Below are positions 21,051-35,500 of a stretch of DNA of 64,000 bases, piece after piece. The translations under genes were made by a program, and so were the position numbers. A model generated the notes under the pieces. It ran no database searches, was not told the DNA's origin, and saw nothing but the letters and a program-made list of their open reading frames with translations. Source of the stretch: Eledone cirrhosa (Eukaryota); NCBI GenBank assembly GCA_964016885.1, contig OZ024758.1, positions 620,001 to 684,000 on the forward strand, read 5' to 3'. Position 1 is the first letter of the stretch. The number at the start of each line of letters is the position of its first letter.

Positions 21051-21265
21051 ATATTCTTATCCCACGTATAGATTTAATATATGTGTTGTTGTTTATATCG
21101 ATATTATTATTAATCCTTTGGTAAAGAAGAGCGATTAATGTTATACAGTCCGGTGGCAATAGCGAAGGAAGGATTATGATATTCGTAGTTGAAAAGATTT
21201 AAGAAAAAGATTTCCTCTGAAGTCAAGCCCTCATTAAATTCTTCAAATACCATTTGAAGACAAAG
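21051..21265 (+). other. Candidate non-coding exon
   Basis: Polypyrimidine-CAG acceptor ending at 21050 and AAG|GTAAG donor at 21265/21266; stops in all three frames. Confidence 0.25.
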
Positions 21266-21409
21266 GTAAGATTACTTGTTTATGTTTTACCTGGAAGTAA
21301 ATAATACACAAACATTAGATCAAGTGATAACTGATTTTGTAAGAGGTTTCTAACAAAATGACTGATTTGAACAATGAAAACAAATTTCGTGGCTCGAAAT
21401 AATGGATAT

Positions 21410-21444
<35 letters not shown>

Positions 21445-22247
21445 AATAAAATAACATATATATATATATATATTTATATATATTTAGTGACAAATATTAA
21501 GAGTAAGAGAAAATGTATTTCTCGATATCTTCATTTTCTCTTCTCTAATCCCTTTACAAAACTAAATTGTACGATATATAGATTCAAGGGAGTCACTCGG
21601 TGGTTATTTAATCAGTTACATGTCTACGTGTCAATATAACCAAGGAATGGATGTTATATTCTTAATATATTCTGCATGTTTCTCTCACGTATGATGGCGA
21701 TTGCGTCCCTGGTCAAAGACCTGATCTGCCATCGCATTCTCTATATGGTCATAGACACGGAGGACAGCCAATGAAAACACAGAGAAAGCACAAAAGCTGA
21801 CCTGGCACATTCGCCAAACGTCAATCATTTACGTATATACAGCTGAAGTCGCTTTTCTCAAGAGTGACACGCCACCCTTGAAATATTAATTTAGACAACT
21901 TCACCACACACATAAGTAAGCTCACAAACGGACACACACACACACACACACAAAACAGTGATGCACATACATACAAGAGACTAAGTAATGACAAGGTTAA
22001 AACCTTGTCTTAGTCTCTGACATGACAGAAGTGGCGTACTATATAAATGCAATAGCCGCTATGCTATTGTTGACTTCAATTAAGGAAACTTATTGAAAGC
22101 GTTTATCAACTTCATATTTGTACCTTCATCATGTTACCTCTCACCACCCAATTGTATACCATTTCACAAATGTTGACTTCATTTTATCTTCATATACATA
22201 CCACGTATAATTTATGCTATCTTTATCTCACAATTTTCCTCCCTCTG

Positions 22248-22287
<40 letters not shown>

Positions 22288-22295
22288 TTTCCCAT

Positions 22296-22345
22296 TTCCT
22301 CAGCATGGCCGCAGTGAAATAACTGAAAGCTAAGAGTAAAATGAC
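22296..22345 (+). mobile_element. SINE/LINE 3' tail fragment
   Basis: cagcatggccgcagt...ctgaaa...agtaaaa, related to 61170-61232. Confidence 0.5.
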
Positions 22346-22416
22346 AGTATACACAAAAACACAGTCGCCAATACACACACACACGCCCCCCCCCCACACA
22401 TACACCCCCCCCACGC

Positions 22417-22447
<31 letters not shown>

Positions 22448-23905
22448 ACTGGGGTCATATATTGATGTAGTGATGCTCTGACATAGCATGACTAACACCT
22501 GGCTGGTCTTTTATATTGAATCATATACGAAATGCTCATGTAAATAAATATTTTTGTATGTATGTATACACACACACACATACACACACACGCACACACA
22601 CACATATATATATATCGTTGTTTTGATTAAAAGCCCATATGAGATCATATATATATATAGTATATTGTAGTTTAAGAGTCAATGGCCCTCACGGTTATTT
22701 CGTTATATTTCAGGGTTTTGTAAACATGAAGTCAAAAACCTATCAGACGTCTATACGTCTTGTAATATTTACTGCGGGACTCATAGTATTCGAACCTAGC
22801 ACAAAATATACAAATACTTTACATAAAATCTTCGTTCCTTAATATTTATCGTGTTTCTAGTTCTTCAATCAACCTATGTAAGCTTTCTGTTAAAACACCA
22901 TATTGCTTTGTAGATTCACTGTCACAAACTTTGGAATCCAAGATTTTGTCCATCTGACAAGATACTTCAAATATTCCGTCTCACTGAAACTATGGTAAAA
23001 GCGACTTTCTGTCGTACAGGGAACGAAAGCATGCACTCAGTGATAGGAATGCAAATATATTAAGCGCACCCACATACATATGCACAGTCACAGACACACA
23101 GCCACACAGACACACACACATCCTCACCACCACTCAAACACACCCACTTTACCACCCTTAACATAAACACATGCATATATGCACACATATTCACACGCAC
23201 ACACATATGGGTCTACATGTGCACCCACGTCCGACCATATGGGTGAGTAGTAGTGGGAGTGTATATGTGCCTGTGTTTATGTGTGTGTAATTATCTGTGT
23301 ACGTGTTTTAGTGTGTAATGTGTTTAAATATATTTGAATGTTTTCGTTTAAAATACATCGTTTACATCTATAACTTAGAGGAAGCACGCGTGAAATTTTT
23401 TAATGATCTAAAAAAATGAAAGCAAAACCATGAATGCAATGTTTTGCAAATCCAATGTATAATTTACTATTCTAATGCTACTAAGATACCAAGAAAACTA
23501 TTAGTAATCCTTTTATTATAAGATATTTCTTCCGTCATTCACCACGGGCAGTAAAAAATAAATTTATACATTTCAGAGAAAATGTTTAAAAGAAATAAAG
23601 ACACAAATACTTCAAGTAAAGAGTGAATGGCTGGTTACAAATTAATGTCATGGTATTCATTGTTAATAGATAACAATTACTGACAAGTGTTGTTATTAAA
23701 TAATAATAGTTAATTAAGTGATTTATATTTAAATATAACACTAGCTTTTACTTCTCCTTCAGTTGTATTTTAACACCAATTATGACGAACACAGCTAATC
23801 AAATAATACATTTTAAATAATATCTTGGATATAAAGCTATTCAACCGGTAGAGAACACCTCTCACCATTTAGATTATTGGTAACAACAGATGAAACAAAG
23901 AAGAA

Positions 23906-23939
<34 letters not shown>

Positions 23940-24040
23940 GGGGAGGGAAACAGGAAATGGGAACAATTCAAGTAATTGTAGACACAAAATTCAAACCGTG
24001 TTTGTATCGTTGCTTGAGAGAAAGGACGGAGCAAAAGAGG

Positions 24041-24090
<50 letters not shown>

Positions 24091-25090
24091 GAGAAAGAGA
24101 GAGAAAGAAACAAGGGTGTTAAGAATACAGTCACCAATCGAATAAATATTGAAATATTGAATGAATCTCATACAATAATTATTGTATTTAAAATTGAAAG
24201 ACCATGAAAGAAAAAATTGAAAGAAAACAAACAACAATAAGAAATAGGAACAAAAATGAAAACTGAATAAAATTTTTTTTTTTTTAAATTCAAACAAAAG
24301 CAATGAAAATAAACGAAGAAAATATGAAAGGAGGGTTGACTAAAATGGTATTATGAAATATAATGAATATTAAACAACAAAAACCTCACTATGAGAACAA
24401 AGCAAACTCCATTTGATATCACTCTTTTAAAAGAATGCCTCGCCGACCTTTGTAATGGAATAAACACCGCAGGATATCAATATTCTTGGTAAAACCCACT
24501 AATTACCCTAAAAATGGCAACATGACGCTCGAAACAACATTTCTTTGACTAATATCGGATTTTTTCTTATTTGTTTATTTATTACATTTAAAAATATATC
24601 TTTAATTTAATTTACAAAATATTTTATATGGAAATTGGCTATAATTTGAATTCATTTTAACTTCATTTTTTTTACACTCATGTTGTAATCATTTGCATAA
24701 AAAATTCTAATTGGTCACTGCCATCTAAATTTATCATATTTCTGAGTAAAACAATTTTCTATTTATAGGAATGATTGAAATAAGTTAAAACAAAAAGACA
24801 AAAAATGCATAAGAAAGAATATATAAATAAATATATATAAATAAATATATACAAATAAAAAATCCTAAGATAGAACGAAAGTAACATAAAATAACATCTA
24901 TATGGAATTAGATCCAAATTGAAGAAAAGCTTTTTTTTAAAGCATATTTAATTTTAAATTCTGGAGTTCCTTCTAATGATTTTAGATTGTATTTTCTTCA
25001 AAAAATATTTCAAAACTTTTATATTTCATTTCTTGTTATACAAATTACGTATTTTAGAAAAGTTTTAAAAAGACTTCGTTTCTTCGTCCT

Positions 25091-25172
25091 ATGTATGTAT
25101 GTATGTATGTATGTATGTATGTATGTATGTATGTATGTATGTATGTATGTATGTATGTATGTATGTATGTAT
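25091..25172. repeat. (ATGT)n microsatellite
   Basis: Direct reading. Confidence 0.95.
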
Positions 25173-25286
25173 GTGTGTATGTATGTATATGTGTGTGTGT
25201 GCCCATATATATGTGTCCGTGTGTGTGTATATATATATATATACATATATGCAGGTAGGTAGACATACACATACACTCACACACAT

Positions 25287-25318
<32 letters not shown>

Positions 25319-26356
25319 GTATAACTACATATATGTATACTTACACACATATACACACGTCAACAACATGTTTTAAATTAAATTAAATTATATATATAAA
25401 TGTGTGTGTGATTTTCTGCGTATGTGTGTAAGTTTGTGTGTCTATGTGAGTGTGAGTGTGCCCATGCGCGCGCGCCTGTGTGTGTGTGTGTGTTACAGAA
25501 ATAGAGAGGGAAAAATAGAAAGAGTGAAATTAATACTTAAGACTTTTTAATTGGATACATCTAAAATACACACACACACACACACACATCCTTACACTCT
25601 CACATACACACAAACACACGCAAATATAGAGGGAGATAATGATAGATGGACGGACAGATATATAGATATATTAGTAGATAGATAGATTGATAGATAGACA
25701 GACAAAAAGACAGACAGATAGATGTGGATAGTGAAAGTGAAAGTGTATTTGCGATGTGTGCTACTATATGCATGAGTTTGTTTCAATTATAATACCTTCC
25801 TTGCATCTGTTCCAAAATATCCTCGTTAAATATATTCGCATGCACCACTATATCTCCCAATTGCCATAAAATAAATATACATCTTGGTTGTCTTAAATTA
25901 GATTCTGGTAAACAAACCACAGGAATGTTGATTTTAAGATGACAGGTAAAAATACTTTACAAAGAAAAATCCTTCCTGTTCACAGCCTTGCATACATCCA
26001 TTTACGAAATATACACATATACACGTACACATACATATATGCACATCCACCCATAGAAACAAATATATATGTCTGTGTTTGTGCGAGAATGTGCATATAT
26101 ATAACCCTTGACTAAACCCCCCCTCGTTAAATATTTGTGACCTTGTAATAATGTTTAAAAAAAATCAATATTATTATAACATGTCCTAACCCTTGATATA
26201 CTTCGTTATTTTTCCTTATAGTCTGAGCTCATATCTGTGCTAGTTTCGGATTCTCCTTTTTTCATTTCAAGATCAGTAACATAGGTGCCACTTATGCACC
26301 TATGTCATTGTACCTATATTAAAAATCCTTATTATTTTCATTATTATCTTCAATAC

Positions 26357-26482
26357 GTCCCTTTATGGACTGAGTTCAAATCCTGCCGAGGTTAACTTTG
26401 CCTTTCATCCTTATGGGGTCGATGAAATAAAGTACCAGTAATGTATTGGGTAATTATTGGCCTTGTGCCAAAAGTAGAAACA
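26357..26482 (+). mobile_element. 5'-truncated Deu/Nin-core SINE with 17-bp target-site duplication
   Basis: B-box and GCCTTTCATCCTTATGGGGTCGATGAAATAAAGTACCAG core; direct repeat attattatcttcaatac at 26340-26356 and 26483-26499. Confidence 0.9.
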
Positions 26483-27524
26483 ATTATTATCTTCAATACA
26501 TTTTGCGTTAGTTTGTACACAGAGAAAGAATAATAATGGCAGGGGTGCAGGGGTTTCTCGAAGAACATGACACCCCTTGAAACACCTGTCTTGAAACCCC
26601 TTCAAATTTGCTCTTCAGATATATGAATTCTACATAATCTTTATCTGCCACAATAACTCGACATGAGTCGCAAAGGAAAACATTTCTAATATTTGAAAAT
26701 ATTGGGAAGATTACTAAGAGATGTAACAAATCATAATTATGTTAGGGTAATAGTTTAAGTGTTACAAAGTAATGAACCGCTCTATAACCTGATACATGTA
26801 GTTGTCAACACCTTCAGATTATTAGTTATTAATTAGGATCAGCGATTGAGAGCTGAGTTGTTAGATATGATTCCGAAGAATGAGTGAAATCTCTACGATA
26901 AAAGTATTTTCTGAAACAGTGAAATTCTCGCCAGACAAAGGAAATATCAAGTTCCATCTATGTGATAAGAACTCGAGTGAAGATAACTTGAGTTATGGTG
27001 TCTCATATTTAGTTTAGTTCTATAATTGTTGTTGTTGGTGGTTATTTTAGCCCAAGGTCAGTAGTGATCGAACAAGCTTATTATTACAGGGCTTGCAGTG
27101 GCGATCATCTCACCCGTGCTGTGAGTTGTATCATTGTATTGTCTGATGATTCTATAGTGTATGTCTTGTGAATTGTATCATTGTATTGTCTGATATTGTA
27201 TAATGTAAGGCACCCTCTAATGTAAGACACCCTCTAATGTAAGACACCCGACACATCTCTAAAAACACTTACAAATCATAATCTTCACAGGATGTATCAT
27301 ATAATGCTACGAGTTTCCTTCTAAATAGTCACTCGATTTGGTAGTAATAGCAACCAAATCTCTCGCAAATAATGTTACAGCAATCTAAATTAAAAATATA
27401 TGTTATAATTGAAAAAATATTAAAAGTTCAAGATGGAATTTCTCGACCATTATTGACATTTTGTTAAACAACAACAACAACAAACCTACATAAACATTCC
27501 AAATAAAGCACTTATATATAATCA

Positions 27525-27585
<61 letters not shown>

Positions 27586-27968
27586 GAAGAAAAGTCAATG
27601 GTGAAAACAGCAGAAAGACGTAGTCACCTGTTAGTGTTAGTGTAATAGACTTACACATACTGACAACATAATGATTTTATAAATACTACAACCAATAAAT
27701 AATCATATATTATGGTCATTTACTTATCTTTGAATTATATATACTCATTTGTTTCTCAATATGCGTATATTTCTTTAAGAATATATTTGGAAATGTTTTT
27801 AAAAGAAATAATTGGGTTCAACGTTTATGTGGTTGAATACATTTGAAAAATACATCTGAAAGAAGTACGTTGACAATTATTTACTATTAACGAAGTAGAA
27901 CTCAAAAAGTGAAGACGGAAAACAAGTCTAGTGAAGTGGATTGTAATGGTTGCAGGAAAATATATTCT

Positions 27969-28095
<127 letters not shown>

Positions 28096-28232
28096 GTATA
28101 TATATATACACACATATATATATATATATACACATATATATATGTACATATATATATATAAGAATATATATATATACATATATACACACACACACACACA
28201 CACATATATATATGTGTGTGTGTATATATATA

Positions 28233-28300
<68 letters not shown>

Positions 28301-28664
28301 TGTGTGTTCTTGCGTGTGAATGTGACATTTTTTTCTAAACTTTAATGAACATTAAATATATTTCCTTTTTTAAAACTCGTTCGAGCAAAATAAATTGTAT
28401 TTAATTAAAACACATGAGTTTTTCGATGAACCGAAGTTAATTTGGGGCATAAGAAAAGAGCTAATGTGTGCATTGGAATGGAACCTGGAAAGAATCAAAA
28501 CAAGAAAGAAGAAACTAAGAAAGAAACAAAAAAGAGGAAAGAAATAAAGAATAAATATATAAATAAAATGAAAAAAATGAAAGTAAGAAATGAGGATTGA
28601 AATGAATAAGTCATGAATAATAGCTGGATGAAAGAATTATAAGGAAGAAAGAAATTATATATAT

Positions 28665-29050
28665 GAGGTTTTGTATACATTTGGAAAGGCCTTCGATAAA
28701 GTTGATCATTGCTCGATCCATCACAGAATCTTTGATTTTGTATTAGCTGGAAAAGTCTATTGGAATCTCTACATGGTTTCTAATGTGGCAGAATATTAGT
28801 ATTTGCAGTCAATAGAGTAACATATAACTAGTAGAGTCCTTACAGAAACTGACTCTTGGTACCTATTGACTGAAATGGCTCTCTCTGTCATGTCTTCAGT
28901 TACCTTTCCCAGTAACTAGGCTGGTGTATCAATGTAACTTAGAAAATGCTGAACCCGGCTGTTGAGAGTTACTTGCAGTTAAATGTAAATGTAGTATTCA
29001 CTCGAGCAGAGCATAACAACTTGCAAATTAATGGTGGGAAATTTAAGGAG
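28665..29050 (+). pseudogene. Decayed CR1/L2-group LINE reverse transcriptase fragment
   Basis: FGKAFDKVDH (the DFxKAFDxVxH RT motif) near 28680 and YLQLNVNVVFTRAEHNNLQINGGKF (LQ.DL.....W...N.M.FN..K pattern) near 28970; frameshifts and stops in between. Confidence 0.75.
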
Positions 29051-29349
29051 TTTGACAAAGATACACTTGACCAGGAAGAATCAATATGGCTAACGAGGTC
29101 TTACTTCGTGTACACATTATCTGTGATATGAAGACGTCAGATCGGATGGATTCTCAGAACATTCAGAACGAGAGACCACGGCAATATGTCGGGTCTGTGG
29201 AGGACATTTCTCTTGAATATATATATATATATATATATATAATAAATGAAGAATTAGAAATAGAATATTCCTGGCTTCTATTTCTAATTCTTTATTTATT
29301 ATATATATCCTATTTGCAACAACACAGCTCACTATTTTTCATTTATCTA

Positions 29350-29492
<143 letters not shown>

Positions 29493-29761
29493 CTGTTTGT
29501 GTACGGGTGTGTGTACGTGTGAGTGTATTTAAGTATAGGTTGAATGACTTAAAAGATAATAATGATCTAAGAATTAAATATCGAAAATCAAGAAATATAT
29601 TCATGGTCAAGTGATATATTATAACCAATCAGGTGACAATGGCAAGACAAAAGAATAGAGGAAAAGAATAGACAGAGAAATATAACTTTGATAACTTTGA
29701 TTGGTTTTGGTTAGTATTGGCCCAGGCCATGTCTACGTTAATAGCACCACCCGGTAAAAAT

Positions 29762-29803
<42 letters not shown>

Positions 29804-29846
29804 CAAAATGAAAATCCGAAGGCAAGGTAAAATTCCAATCATTTAA

Positions 29847-29904
29847 TCACGACACATGTTTCAATAAGAGATAGATTGATCGTGAAACTAATCTCATCAG
29901 GTGA
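29847..29904 (-). ncRNA. Type I hammerhead ribozyme motif in a PLE-like tail next to (TA)n
   Basis: Minus strand UCAC-CUGAUGA-G...U-GAAAC-AUGU-GUC-GUGA: stem I UCAC/GUGA, palindromic ACAUGU in stem III, GUC triplet; stem II irregular. Confidence 0.65.
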
Positions 29905-30185
29905 AAATGAATTGTCTTTAAATTCTTGATATGAGGGAGAAAATTAGCGATGTTCACTGACAGAGGTTATTCCCTCATATGAGGTAAAGTAAATACAGGT
30001 AAAGTAAATACTTACATGTAAGTAAATATTCTCTTTATCTGATATTTTGTAACTAACCTTACATAGATCGATAACGAAGTATAGTTACGATGTATTATCA
30101 TCACCTAGAAACGATCGTAAAACAGTGAATTATATTTCTAATGACTTGATTTTTTATTTCATTGTTTTAACATATATATATATAT

Positions 30186-30602
30186 ACAACCTGTCGCATG
30201 GTCGGTGAAGTTTACCCTGCAGGACAAAAAACAAAACCATACAAAGGGCAGCAGAACTCATAAGAGTCAACGACCATCCAAAAGTGTGTTAATATGTATA
30301 TACACATGTACCGCGCGGTTAAACCACTGAGAGTGAAGGACCCCTAGCCTTTGTCAGGGAATTCTTCTAGGAGAAGGCAACTCAGGAAACTGAGATAACT
30401 CCGATATAAAACCTGCGGCTCAGTAGTTACCGATGATGTTGATCTTTTCTTCTTTTCGGGTTATAGCTACTGTTGCTCAGAGAGTGGGATTGGCTCAGTG
30501 CACAGTCTTTCCTCACTTTAAAAAATATCTTCACGATAGAATTAATTAATAATTATTAATAATGGTATATCGTGCAATGGCCATACTCTATAACGAGGGG
30601 CA

Positions 30603-30608
<6 letters not shown>
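30186..30608 (+). mobile_element. Non-autonomous RTE-related retroelement in (TA)n
   Basis: Contains tctaggagaaggcaactc (RTE 5'-UTR-like); near-identical inverted copy at 55320-55630; ends gcagccatc-(AT)n. Confidence 0.7.
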
Positions 30609-30698
<90 letters not shown>

Positions 30699-30740
30699 GA
30701 ATATATCACACAGTGATGAAATCACATTACACACACACAG

Positions 30741-30818
<78 letters not shown>

Positions 30819-30858
30819 TACACACATATATGTACTTATATGTATATATATAGGTGTG

Positions 30859-30895
<37 letters not shown>

Positions 30896-30974
30896 GTATG
30901 TGTGTGTGTGTGCGTGTATTCATTTGTGTGTGTGTGTGTGAGAGTGAGAGACTGAAAGAGAGAGGGAGAGAGAG

Positions 30975-31024
<50 letters not shown>

Positions 31025-31544
31025 GGATAGACTGTCATACATCGGGAGAGAAGAAAGAAATAGGTGAAGAGACGAAGAGATGAGAATATTCACGGGTCTG
31101 GGAGATTGTTCTGCCTTTACTGTGTGAACTTTTCAAGCGATGATAACAGATTTACGGTGATTTACACACAGATGCTCAAAAGCGAAGATAAAACAGGATA
31201 ATAACAGTGGTAAAACCAACAGTGGCAATAACAACAACGATAATAACAACCACAATTACAACTACACAAAAACACAGCAAATAATATATAAAGAAAATAA
31301 GGAAAAATTAGAAGATACCGATTTACTTTACGGTTTAAGGATAAATCATGCTATAAGAATAGTTAGAGGTTGAGGGAGGTAACTTATAGAGGAGTTTTGG
31401 GAAGAGTGACTTCACTGGCCGGACACCTTTCGTCGTTATGTTACACGACTCCATAGTGAATAGAATGAACCTCTGGATATGTGTGTATGTATCTCTCTCT
31501 TTCTGTATGTGTGTGTGCGTGCGCTATTGATAGACATGAGAATG

Positions 31545-31713
31545 AGTACTCAATACCCAAGTAGAATTTGAATATTTTTATGATAGCTAAGCAGCGAATC
31601 TTGTTATTCTGTAGTTTCATCACTTAACGATAATAAAGAATATGATGATTTCTCACCAATGAAACAGTTGTAGTCCTGTAGAAGCTCTTCTATATTAAAA
31701 CTTTTATACTTTG

Positions 31714-31716
<3 letters not shown>
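31545..31716. mobile_element. Head-to-head chimera of two HHR-tail families (H on minus, J on plus)
   Basis: 31545-31620 is homologous to the 9745 and 45270 copies; 31642-31716 reads aUGAUGA-UUUCUCACCAAU-GAAAC-AGUU-GUA-GUCC and runs into (TA)n. Confidence 0.55.
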
Positions 31717-31752
<36 letters not shown>

Positions 31753-31759
<7 letters not shown>

Positions 31760-31838
31760 GTAACAGATTAAAGTTTAAGTAAAGAATCGCTGCTTTCACC
31801 CTTAACGGTTAAGTGTGAAAGCAGCGATTCCTTGCTTA
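31753..31838. mobile_element. Fold-back insertion (element B), same family as 48264
   Basis: Arms 31776-31806/31808-31838 (31 bp, 3 mismatches); shares taacagattaaagtttaag and gttaagggtgaaa with 48264-48360; abuts (TA)n on the left. Confidence 0.8.
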
Positions 31839-32330
31839 TGGTCGGTGTGTGGGTGTGTTTGTATATATCGCTTTTGTTTTCATTCAGCACCATGTCATTC
31901 TTCATTGCTTTTCTAGGCGGACTTTAGAGTTAGACCTAATGATACGAAGTTATTTTACCTGTGACAAAAAATATCACTAAATTCCATGCCATTCGCTGTA
32001 TATATCTGTTATTTTAATTAATATTTGCTCTATGGTTTTTATATATTTAATATATATTTATCCTTATCGAGCCTTCTTTGGATTTTAGTCATCACATTTA
32101 TTATTATTAATATATATATATATATATATGAAAACAGGGAGAAAAAGATGATTATTAGGAAGAAAAATATATTTTTTCCCTTTTTATTTTTCTCTCTGTT
32201 TTTTCTGGGTTAGAAAATGATTAAAACGAAATATTTTTCTTTGTGTGAAGTGTTAAGGTATTAGTTGATTTATTTATTTATATATTTAATAATTGTCTAT
32301 TATATATATCTGTATATATATATATATATG

Positions 32331-32418
<88 letters not shown>

Positions 32419-32545
32419 TATACACACACACGCACACATACATGCATACATATATATATATACACATATATATATGTATGTATGTACGTATATATATATA
32501 TATATATGTGTATGTGTGTGTATGTATATATATATATATATATAC

Positions 32546-32591
<46 letters not shown>

Positions 32592-35500
32592 TGTATACAC
32601 ACACACATACACACACACACGCACACACACACATATATATATATAGTCATATATATAAATTAGCCATTTGACATTAACTGTGGATATGAATGACCTTGTG
32701 TAAGATATTTACGTTATATGGTGTGGAATCTCACAGCCATATATCATCAAAATGAAAGGAAAATCATAGGGATTATATCCAGAACAAGATGTCTATAACA
32801 GTTTCATTTATTTATTTCCATGATTATTTCCTGAACTATCTTTTACCCCTCCTCGTACTTGAAACTTTTCCCTTACCCATTTATCTTCCCTTCTTACTGT
32901 CGCCAAATGTTACAACCATAATATAAAAACAACTTCGATTTCCCTGTCATATAGTGATCATTCACTCCACTCACATCATACAACCCTTATCTATGCTTTT
33001 CTACTTTTCTATCTTTCTCTCTTTATATTTTCTCTCTTCTGTTTTTCCTTCCTATCATTTCATCATATTCCAGTTCGTTCTTTTCTTCTTTCCCTTCTTT
33101 CTTAATTTGCCGTTACATTGCTTTCACATTTTCTATCTCTTCTTTGAGGAACATGCTTCTCTTTCTTTCTTTCTCTTTCTTTCTCTCTCTCTCCCTCTCT
33201 GCCCCTCTCCCTCCCTCTCTCTCTTTATATATATATTCCAATATGCTTCAAGTAAACCACAATACTTTGTTATATATATATATATATAATCATGCATATA
33301 TATACACACACATTCACTGTCAAACATGGAAATAAACACCTATAGGTATATCTTGTATATATATATATTCAAGCATATATATATTTCCATTTCTCTCTTA
33401 CAACTATTTCCCTCCCTCTATTTCCCTTTACTATATCGCCTTCTCTCAACAATTCCCTGCCTTTTGCTTCCTTCCCTCCCCACCGGCTTTCTCGCTCTTT
33501 CTTCTTCTCTTAAAACACACCACAAACACCATCGTGGTTCTGCTGCATGCAGCAATGTCAGGCAAGATGTGCTGTTAGTTAGATTGGGTATATTTTACTA
33601 CTGCTAAATTAATAGTAATTTTTGATTTCTTCGCTAGTTTGCAAACAAATCACCGTCAAGACCTTAACACTTGTCATAAAAGGGTTGGACTTAACTCTCG
33701 CACTCCAGTTTTTAGCATCATTTGTCACTCTTTAATTGACACCATCTCCTTCATCGTTCTTGCCTGATCAACAAAACAACAGTTTTTACATTCGGCTTTG
33801 ATGTGCTCATAATTTGTGCTCAACCGAAAGCCTTACCGGTGGTAAAATCTAATAAGTTCCTCATTCCAATTATTTCCGACAACTAACACACCGCTAATCT
33901 TTTAAGATTTAACCTCGTTCAGCACCACCCTTGTCCAAATGCGTCACTCCAAATATATCCATAGAAGTCGCTTCCTTTTTCCTTTGCTTTCCTTTCACTT
34001 GACTTACGCGGCCTTTCTTTCTTCATTTCTTTCTCTGATATTTCTTCTAGTTTCTCCTCATTTTTTTCCTCTCTACTTAATGTTTTGTTTTAATTATTTA
34101 TTTATCTGTTTCTACTCATCAGCTTTGGCTGTCTAATTTCATCACCAATAATTCATCATCTTGTGGGAGCGTGTATGCGTATATATGTGTATCTGTAGAT
34201 ATTTCATTTCGTGCCCATGTGTTTGTGTATATGTGCGATTGTGTGTATGTACTTATATGTGAATGCCTATATGTATACGTGTAATTGTGTATATACGTGT
34301 GTGTTTGTGTGTGTTCTGTTTTCCCAAGTTTTGTAGATTTCTTCAATCAACATGGGTGTTGGATCTTTCGTTTCGTTTTAAATCACTGTTGTGGTTTTTG
34401 AGATGTTTGGCGCTGTGGTTGGTTACAGCTGCTCTTACTGTTCTTATTTGTAGTCATTGTTATTTTTTTATATCAATTATTCCCACCCATACCCCGAGTT
34501 TCAATGTCTTCAGTCACGCTTTCTTAATATATTATGTAGAGGTACGTATTGAAATTTGATTTGTTTACCTATTGTTTTTATTATGCTATACTAGGATATG
34601 ATACATACAGACACACGTACATACACTCATGAATACGTATATACATACATATACATACATATATACATACATAAATACGTACATAATTACACCTATACAT
34701 AAAAGAATGCATACATATTTACATATTTACATACATACGTATACACATATCTTCATATATACGTATACGTACACACTCGAATACATACATACATACGTAT
34801 ATACTTACATCTATACATACAAGAATACATAGATACACATATAGTGTTGAAACATAGACATCTATAACTCCATATAAGTGATCATATCATCTTTTCTACA
34901 ACCTCAAAACATTTATACACAATTTATTGCTTTTTTCCTCCATATTTAAACCCTGTCACTCCTCACCCCACATATTCTTCCCTTTCTCATCCCTATTCCA
35001 TTCAAATTATATTGTAAATCATTTTCCCAATACCCACAAATGTATAAGTTGAGAGAGAAACCAAACTGTTGGGCGTCTTACGTATACACACATGCAACAT
35101 CACACACATATTGATAGCTGCAGAGTTATATATGAATACAAAGTAGTTGAATGAATAGCATAGAAAATGAATGTAAAAATACATCCGAAGAATCCCAGTA
35201 GGAAAATTACTAAACTTAGTAGGGGAGAATATATTTCTAAAAGTTATTATCAGTGCTATCCGAAGATCATTGCTGATTTGAGACAAATTTTTGTGGCATG
35301 GAGATGACATCAGCTGGGCTTGCTTCAGAAGCAGACAAAACAACGAGACAGATCTGCAAGCAATTGTCCAGTGTGGGAATATTGCAGTTCTGTGGAGTTT
35401 TAGAGAGCAGATGATATCGCATGTTGGGCCGACTCAATCATAAAGTCCGTCTTACCGCCATATATTGGCCAGGAAAGTCACACAGTTTTCTAATGTCGGG

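Noticed and set aside
21496-21549. Short imperfect inverted repeat near (TA)n
   Set aside because: Only about 11 bp perfect in purine/pyrimidine-biased sequence; could be chance.
23890-24207. Arg/Glu-rich 105-aa ORF
   Set aside because: Encoded by (GAA)n and (GA)n simple repeats.
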